Source: Acanthaster planci (taxonomy: Eukaryota). From it: a stretch of DNA of 62,000 nt. The stretch spans positions 682,001-744,000 of the forward strand of contig NW_019091404.1 of the NCBI RefSeq assembly GCF_001949145.1. The letters run 5' to 3'. The notes under the pieces are model-generated. The model did not search any database. It was not told the origin of the DNA and saw only the letters and a program-made list of their open reading frames with translations. A program made the translations under genes and the position numbers. Shown here in pieces: positions 53,531-62,000 of this stretch (position 1 is the first letter of the stretch; each line of letters begins with the position of its first letter).

Positions 53531-55437
53531 GAATGCCAGGTTGGTGTGCGGTTGCAGACTTGGCCTTCCAGACAGCACCTAATAATGAACATTGTGTGGA
53601 GTAATGATCAAAACCCTAGGGTAAAGCATACGAGTCACTACACCGACAAACAGTACATGTACAGTGCACAATATCACATGTTCCCTTCAAGTGAAACTTT
53701 CACAATCAAGATGGTCAATAAACACTCCAAAATCACTCATTCAGTGATTTGCTATGATCCCGGTATTCAACAAGTCGGGTCAGACTCTATGAAACAAAAG
53801 ATTGCAAAGGTAAAGAGACTACAAATCAGCTATTACGGTGTAAAAAGTTAATTTGGGGGGGACATGTTGAACCCAAGATACTCACTCTGTGGTGCCCACA
53901 CTGGAGAGGAAGAGTACATGTACACTCGCCCACCGCACTATCTTCGCGGGTATTTGTTGTACATTTCTACAGGGCTGGGCGGCACGCCAAATAAACTACG
54001 GTGACCCCTAAAACACGCTTCCCTACACTCGGAGATCTGAATAGCTGTCGAAACATGATCTCCCTTTAAATTACCTTCTCGATTAACTGCAGCCATGCAT
54101 TGCCTTCATTTGAATAACTGAAGTTGGGTTTGATGGGAAAATCTGCATATGTGTACCTATCTTAGCGAACAGATGGTGAAGGGAAGAGTCGGCCTGCTAG
54201 ATTAAGGCAATTGATCAAAATCAAAATTTGATATGCTGGCTCCGAGAACATCCGTAACATGTGCGTATGCGAGTCCATCAGTGACGTGATACCAGACACA
54301 TAAGAGCAGAGGTAGGCCTTGCATTTTAAATTAAGGCTTAATTGGTGCCTTCATTTATTCATGAGCTCATCTTGGGAGTCTCCAGTGTATTTCCACATCC
54401 AGCTTACACAAAGAAAAATTCTGCCTGGTTCTTGCGGTACGGCAAGGTTTTTCCAAGACAGCCAGTGAGTGATGTAAACAGACTGGTGTCATATTCTCCG
54501 GGGCGGTAAGGAGAACTCATAGGCCCTTAATCAAAACCAAGCTCCCCCCAACCTGCATCTCAACCACTACTGCTGAAAATTATCTTCATTCTCATAGTTG
54601 TAGAAACTGTCGAACAGTTCGTTTTCAGCACCACAATCTGTGGATTTTGGGTGAGGAGCCCTGCACAGAAGAGTTGGGGCAGGGAAGTTTTGGATCAGGA
54701 CAGGGGATGCTGGTTTTCTGTGAAAAATGCCTTGAATTTGTCCTTCCCTTAGTGTTAACTGTTTGGCAGTCTGAGTGCCTTGCCCCTTCCCCTAGAAAGA
54801 CCTACACCCACTTCCTAACAGAATCTTTGCATGCCGTATGCAATGTTCCGTAGACAGAGATGACTGTCTGGTGTTAGAAAATTCTTTAGAGAGAGGTGAT
54901 GACTATCCAACCCCTGCCCTGGGAGACTATAGAAATGCACATGCACATGCCTCAAGTGCAAGCAAAAAGCAAACAAAAAAAGAAACAAAAGAAAGGGACA
55001 AAAGAACAGCATTTCATATGAAAGGACTTTTAAAATCTATTAAGAAGACAATGTGACATGCATTATCTACAAGCCAAGAGCAACACATTATTGCATACAG
55101 GCTTGCCCGTATGACCACAATGGCATGTCCCTGTATTACTCTTATTCCCAAAGATATTGTCTGTTTAGAACGGCAGTCAAACCATGCCAGATATTTGCAC
55201 TGAAGAGGAAACAGTTAAGGTCAACAAAGACATTCTGTATGAATGTTGAATATAATTCATCATCAATCCAGAGAGAAGCACGTAGGTGCAGTTACACTCA
55301 CATTTGTTTTGAAAGACCTATGTCAATATTGAGTATTCAGTGCTGCTACAGACCTCATGTTAGCGATACAGAAATAGAGCAAGAAGTGTCCTGGATAAAC
55401 ATCAAAACAGCGACATATCCGTTTTGTTTGACTTAGT

Positions 55438-55613
55438 AATACAGGCATTTCACAGCAGTGCGCCTCCAAGAGTTTGCAACGCGTTGACTAATCACGGTGC
55501 GCGAAATCTGTCGACCCAATGCGCGTTTGGCAAGGGTCAACTGATTTCGCGCACTGTGATTGGTCCACGTGTTGCAAACTCTTGGAGGCACACTATTATG
55601 AATCGCCCGTATT
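55438..55613. mobile_element. Fully palindromic MITE (~80-bp arms, 16-nt loop)
   Basis: AATACAGGCATTTCACAGCAGTGCGCCTCCAAGAGTTTGCAACGCGTTGACTAATCACGGTGCGCGAAATCTGTCGACCC aligns without gaps to the reverse complement of 55534-55613, with about 13 mismatches. Superfamily not assignable. Confidence 0.85.
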
Positions 55614-58304
55614 GGCTATAATTTAACACAAAACTTGGATTTTCGGCTCTGGGGACAATTCAAAAGTGGAGTTTCAAACTGCTGACAGTTTTGGAAGAAA
55701 AAACAACCCTGAATATCACACAGAATGTAGACTAATCCAAGAAGATGTCATTCTCCTGTAGCACAATGTTCATACATGCATTCTTAAACTGTTTCTTCTG
55801 GCAAGCAGCAGCAACAACACATTGGTCAAAGAGACAGGTACAGCGAGCATAGGCATATATACCATCTGCTCATGAGTGCACTGCATTATAAGGGCATCTA
55901 ATCAGGTACTCATTAGTCTACACTGTTTTCTCATTCCTCAATGATTAACAACAGTTCTCACCTAATTTTTGCTTAGTACTGAATGAATTGGCCGAGAATC
56001 TATTTTTCTGGTTGACCAAATCATGAATCTACAAAAACATCACGATCAGGTCACAAAGGTGATATGTAATTATGGTATCCCGGAGTGAACAGGGCAAGTT
56101 GAATGAAAGCCGATTCTCTTCAGCCGGATCGACTAGGGAGCATGCAATCTGAGGGTTGCCGGTCCAAGTCCTGGTTGATTGAATTTACTCAAAGTATCTG
56201 GAGCATCTTGATCGGTACAGATGAGCTGAACTTCATTGCATTGTGTACATCTATTCAACAGCTCAAGCACTGTCTTCGGATCTGCTCCGTCATGCTTGAC
56301 ATATACACCTGTTGCATCTCGGCACAGGACTGTATCAAAATACCGTAAACATTAAAGAGGTCCACCTGTCCTGTGCCAAGTGGCTATGCCCTGCAACACC
56401 ACCACCGAGAATGAATCATTCTCGATACACTCAGCCATGCTGTCCATGTGAACAGGTGCATCTGAAACCATTGCACTGCATGATCATGTCTGGCAAGTAG
56501 TCCAGCTGTAATGTCTCTGATGTTTGTACAATCAACGGGATCAAATACATGTCAGAGTACTGAAGGTGAAGAGCAAACCAATTTATACAAGTAGGCATAT
56601 TCACACCAGAATACCAAAAGCATACAGAATGGTCATGGGCATTTGAAGGAGTTTCGTATTTGTGTTACCAGGTGTGGTTTCATCACAGACTCGGGGTCAT
56701 TCACTAAATTGAAAAGCACTGAAATTCAATGATCACATGGCCATGGGATCTCCATGTACATCCAGACAGCTCAAAACAATGCTGCTATCAATGAATTTGT
56801 ACTGTAGAGTGAGGTATCTTGAGAGTTGGGAGGCATCCTTAGGGAGTCACAAGCAGATGTAGGTGATGCCAGTCAGGCTTCGGGAAGCTCCAAAATGAGG
56901 CCAGAGAACCCTAAATATACCTTGTTGGGGCACAAAATTAGACCATCATATTATTTGAAAAGACTGCAATGCGTGGAAAAGCCCAAACTGCTGCTTTTGC
57001 ACGATAAACTGACTTCCCTGAGCAGGTGGCATACGTGACTCATCATCCCCAAATCAGGCTGAAGCCGGTTAACTTCTCAACTCTAAAATAGTGGAACTTT
57101 CACGGCTCAGATTTTCATGGGGTTTTTACAGCTACCTCTACCTGTAAGAAGCTCACTGCAGACAGAATTACAATTTAACACGGATCACATTAAAGTATTG
57201 AAAAAGCTGAAGGAGCGGAATTGTCCAACATCACAAATACCGACTTCAGCCTGGTTTTGGGATGGTGGGTCACATATAGTGCCTCGTTAATCAAAGTGCC
57301 AGCAATCTGCCCCGAGCTGAAGTGCACCCCCAATCGACGAAAGAAAGACAGGTGGTTACAAGCGGGTTCTTGCACGTGTTTTGCATGTACGCAAAGACCA
57401 CGCATGCTGTAATAAATTAGTTACGCGGACTCATCGTGCTCCGCGTCAAACGCGCATATACTTGACGCGCCTATGCGGTGAGTACCAATAAAACATGCCC
57501 TCTTTTGTTCCACTGGGAGCAGATAATGAGCTCATCTCTGCTGTGCCGCAACACATTCCCCGCTCCATTCATTCTGCTGCCATAGCCGGGCTGCCAACAC
57601 CAACACCCCCACCCCCTGCCTCATTTCAATAATCAATGGGGCTGGAGTGCCGTGCTATTTACAACGGGCCCAAAATGTGTCTGAGACTTGCCACTATATC
57701 ATGTCAGCTGTCATGACTTGAGCGTAAAGGTCAAGATTGTCAAAAAAAAAAAAATAATAACCTCGGCCTGCAAGAGTGAGCCACTCCAGCTCAATTTAGT
57801 GCTCCTACCTAGCAAACTAAGAATTCTCAGATTTTTGAATTTCCTTTCCTTTGTTCACATGTTGTTAGGTGTTTACAATGGTTCTTGTCATACCCCTGGT
57901 GTGAAACTGCGAAACTGGTCCTAGAGTTCCAGCCGTAACATTGCAGGTAAAGCGTGAGACGGCACCTGTCGCTAGACACGGCTCATATACTTATTTCATT
58001 CACAACAAACCGGTGGCATGAACTTTGACAAAAAGAAAAATGATTACCCTCGTTTTACTGGACCTTAACATGGCAAAAGAAATATGTTAAAGCTCTGTAG
58101 GGTAGAAATCTTTCAGGACAGCTGAGCTTTGGTTATTAAAAGCGATGCAAGAAACAGAGTTTAGACTATGGCCTGCCACCGTTTAGCACTGAATACTGTA
58201 AGGAGTTAATATGAAATAATATGCAACTGTATTGTGCTTCCAACTGGGGTAGTGATAGAGTACAGCACATCTGGAATCATTTAGAAAAATAATTATAATA
58301 ACAT

Positions 58305-58780
58305 TTTTATATAACTACCATACAGATCCTTGTCATTTGATTGGTGGAACACGTATCATGTGACATTCATTATTCCTGCCAATCATGCTGCGTCAGGTAC
58401 TATTCACCCATGTGCAGATGGTAAAAAAATATACAACAGTTAGGATCATCATGACATATGAAAAAGGTAGCGCGGGTACAACAGACAGCGCTGATCGAAA
58501 CCTGAGAATAAAATTTGGTCCGACAAGTTATCAGGATTTGAAATTGTTGGAAATCTATTTAAAGAAAAATAAAATGACAAGGATCTACATGTATATGACA
58601 GTTATATAAAACAAATAATGAACTTTTTTCACTTGTGCAACGGTTAAAATATTTGCACGAGTTGAAGGATGGAATGTTCCAATCAAATCGGCTTCACCTC
58701 GTAGAATGGAACATTCCATCTTTCATCTCATGAAAATATTCTTACCATTCCAGTTATAAACATTCATTATTTGTATAATA
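58305..58780. mobile_element. Composite element with two abutting inverted-repeat pairs
   Basis: Pair 1: TTTTATATAACTACCATACAGATCCTTGTCATTT (58305-58338) and AAATGACAAGGATCT..ATATGACAGTTATATAAAA (58572-58611). Pair 2: long hairpin 58602-58780 with ACAAATAATGAA/TTCATTATTTGT and GATGGAATGTTCCA/TGGAACATTCCATC. No TSD seen. Confidence 0.75.
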
Positions 58781-58836
58781 CTGCACAGATACTATAGACA
58801 TACACTCAACTGTGCGTCACAAAACCCATTACTTGG

Positions 58837-59017
58837 CAAGGACGTATCCAGAACAAAATGGAAGGGGACAAAATGGGGGGGGGGGGGGCCAAAAATGTTG
58901 ACTTTTTCATGCAACCTTTCATGGCCTGAAGAAAGGGAAAAATGACATAGACCTAACAAAATCGGCTCCGTCTCATTTTCCACATAAAAAAAAAGTGCCC
59001 CGCTGGAGCCACCCTTG
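58837..59017. mobile_element. Degenerate hAT-like MITE with poly-G tract
   Basis: TIR CAAGGACGTATCCAG versus reverse complement of right end CAAGGGTGGCTCCAG (11/15). Flanks TTACTTGG / TTCCTAGG (6/8, degenerate 8-bp TSD). Confidence 0.55.
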
Positions 59018-60281
59018 TTCCTAGGCAGTCAACTCCTCCAGTTTTAGAGCAAACATGCTTGGAGGTTGCGTACAAGGCAAACTGATATGGATGTATTGTA
59101 TTTCATTTATCATGTAGCCAAGTGCCGCAAATCAAAACTTTCTTCTGCGAAGTGTATGTGTCTGCGCAACTCTGGGGAATCCTGGAATGGAATCCTGGCT
59201 TATCAAAATTACAGTCTGACGCCAGGCCTACTGACATTCGGGCACCTGGGGGCAGAGGATTTCTATTCAGAGCAAAGATAGATACGAAGCACACTCGATG
59301 AGGCCTAGGGTTGTTTACTTAGATTATTAATATTGCACACGACCTTGATGGGGGGGGAATTGAGCCTGGAACTGAGACAGCGCTGATTATGAGTGCTTAT
59401 AACGACCGTTAACCACTGTAGTCTATTGAATATTGCTCCAAAGGAATCAACAAATATCATTTCAGTTCAAACTGAGTCCTTCAGAATTCTGCACTTTTTG
59501 GCTGGAACTATACGAGTTAGAGTTTTTAATATTAATTTTTTTTCACTGCATTAAACCGTTTATCATCATTTGGGGAATTTATTTTGATATTTTTGTGCAA
59601 CCTTCAGAATTCACATCCTTTCCAATGCCATTTCCCCATCCAACCCTCCCAAGGCTTTTTCCAAAAATACTTTTACAACCCAACTTGCATGAAGCCATCC
59701 ACAACATGTTTACAGAAAAGAGAAAAAAAAACTGGCAAAAGCTAAGTAATTTGAAACCAGGTTTTAAGTAAATCACAAAGTAAAACAATCTGGTGTTTTT
59801 GACAGAAGGATATAAACACAAAATTATTAGGATTAGCTATCCAAGAAAGAGGTACGGGTAAGCCTATGACGACAAAGTCACGCCAAATGCTGAATGTAAA
59901 CTAATCTTCAACAACAGAGGGGTTTGTCCTTGTAGTGGCATTGTCTTTTCGTCTGGTTGTTTCCAAATGCAGTAATCTTCTGGAGTTTTATTTTCCCTTC
60001 TCCTGCCCTAAAATGTCAAAATGACAGCTCACATGAAAAGTGTGGGCGTCAAACCATTAGACACAAGTGGCACTAAATATAATCCCTGTTGGTCACTATT
60101 TCTCTCTCAAATTGGATAATTTGGACAGTCCTATCAATCATGGTATGGCTCGAGGTGGCATTCGCTGATGAGTTGACTGGTGGCCATTCCGTTGGCTTTA
60201 CTGTTCGAAGGGACTGATTTACTGATTTATATTTGACTGAGATTCTACCCTTTTTTGAAAATACATGTACCATTGTTCATT

Positions 60282-60500
60282 GGTACATTTCTCAGAGCTA
60301 CTTAAGCACGAATAAAACCTTGCTTAATAAACAAAGGTTACCAGCTCAAACTCTCTGTGATTGTCATGCTAACCAAAAGACAGGTAAATACCATTCCAAA
60401 ACAATATACCGTACATCACAAGAAGTTTTGCTCAATTTGTCAAGCAAGGTTTTTTACGCTTAAACAAATTTTTGCTTAAGCAGGGCTATGAAATTGGCCC
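60282..60500. mobile_element. MITE with ~31-bp degenerate TIR (GGCCCAATTTCAYAGAGCTGCTTAAGCA family)
   Basis: Left GGTACATTTCTCAGAGCTACTTAAGCACGAA versus reverse complement of right end GGCCAATTTCATAGCCCTGCTTAAGCAAAAA (~21/31). A third copy of the terminus lies at 19601-19640. Confidence 0.65.
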
Positions 60501-62000
60501 CTGTTGGTTTGGCACACTGAGCAAGCACACATGCTCTCGCTAGAGATGTAATACTGGGATGTGTCTGAATTACTTAGCTGTGGCTTGAAATTACACACAA
60601 CTCTATGGGAACTGGCTACAGCCACTACCATAAAATCATGCGTAATTTAAGGCTGCAGCCAAGTAATTCAGACGCAGCCCTTGACTCAGACAGGATCCCA
60701 CACTTGGAGCGCATTTTCATGGGCAGATCCAGAATTTGGTTTAAAATGGGGTGTTTGAGAAAAGTGGCAATATACAGCAAATGGAAATCTGCACCATTGC
60801 TTTGATTTTCATGCTCCATATGAAAGTTGTTTGTTGACTGAGTAAACTTAACTAATACACATTAAGTAAGCATGATATTAAAAACGAGTGATATCTAAAC
60901 AACGCTGCTAGCATTAGTAAAGACAGCAAACAAAACTGAGAAGGGTGAATGCCCCAAGTCATAAAGGATTAAGTTCATCTGTGGCTCTGCAAATCATTGA
61001 TAATTTTTGAGAAGCCATCAGGGCAAATGAAGCAAGCCAAACTCTCCCCCTTGGCAACGAGCCTGCCATTTGATCTTATGTCCCTCTTCCTTAAATATCA
61101 CAGGTGAAGCGTGGTCATTTTTTTTAACATACAGTACGACATTTGTACATCAGAGGTGCCTTACTGTGGGGTATGGTGAAAACATCTGCTTGTTTTCGAT
61201 TGTGGATTTGGTGCAAGGTGAGGGAAAGTCAGGAAAAACCTGCTGCATGTCAAATCTCGCTCTGAGGTGTGGGATTACTGAAAGTGTGAGGCCAAAGCCA
61301 ATAAAAAGAAGTTATTTCTGCTTGGTATTTGCGTGTGATGAAGAATTTAAATGTCACACTTGAAGCTAAAACCCAATAAGTAAATCTGTGTCTGCTTGGT
61401 AAAAGCCACTTCACCCAAACTTGCTTAGTTCCTCCAGGCATGTAACAGAGTACCAGCATGAGCATTCATTGTAAACTTAGGGAGTAAGCTGTAGCGGACT
61501 ATTACTCATCTTGGGGAACAGAAACATTCTCAGTCGTTTCAAGCTGCTGAAATCAGACAGACATGCAGAGACTAACGATATGACAGACATTACGTACTAC
61601 TTTAAGATCCGCCATGAACAGTTACTCGTTTTGATTTTTTCCACGGGGCCGGGCTGGGGGAGACCCTGGGCTAGGGTACAGGGGTGCAAGGTGGGCCTGT
61701 GATGTGAGACAGATGTGCTATCAACAAGAATGAGGACAGGGCATGAGGGAATACCGGAAACCACTGGATGGACAGAACTTAGGCTGTGTCATCAGCAATG
61801 GCAGTATTCAATGTTCACCAATACATGTACCTTCTCCAAATCTTAAGTTTAGAGGTTCAGATTCCAGCCGTTCTTTATAGTGTCCCCCCCCGGCAAAACA
61901 GGGTAACTTTGAAGTTTTAAACAGATGTACCTGTACATGGGATAAGAAAGTATTTTTCCTAGCCCTCTTGCCAGCAACATTAATCCCCTTTTCACAGACG

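Noticed and set aside
54624..54640. REST/NRSE site (TTCAGCACCAC)
   Set aside because: Left half-site only; the GGACAG half is missing. The same applies at ~11143.
56115..56175. Second tRNA-derived SINE head (GGTCCAAGTCC B-box-like)
   Set aside because: The A box is too degenerate to support a call.

Overview
This is eukaryotic, essentially non-coding genomic DNA: AT-rich, CpG-poor, with many homopolymer runs. None of the ~200 listed ORFs (max 165 aa) resembles a protein I recognise, and I see no rRNA, intact tRNA, CRISPR array, operon or transposase ORF. Composition and repeat types suggest a marine invertebrate such as an echinoderm; this is inference, not proven. The window most likely lies in one or more very large introns. 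What the sequence supports directly is a set of short non-autonomous DNA-transposon insertions with terminal inverted repeats (TIRs) and target-site duplications (TSDs): an IS3EU-type element with a perfect 6-bp TSD, hAT-type elements with 8-bp TSDs, a 51-bp piggyBac-type element and several palindromic MITEs. There is also a tRNA-derived SINE-like head and a few short tandem duplications. Two signals stand out. (1) A 27-nt minus-strand microexon candidate (32991-33017) has very strong splice sites, and several weaker phase-compatible exon candidates lie nearby. (2) The octamer TACATGTA occurs at least 28 times, about 15-fold above expectation; it is identical to a Tc1/mariner excision footprint, and one copy is visibly a 6-bp gain in one arm of an inverted repeat. 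I cannot support a claim of a wholly new biological system.
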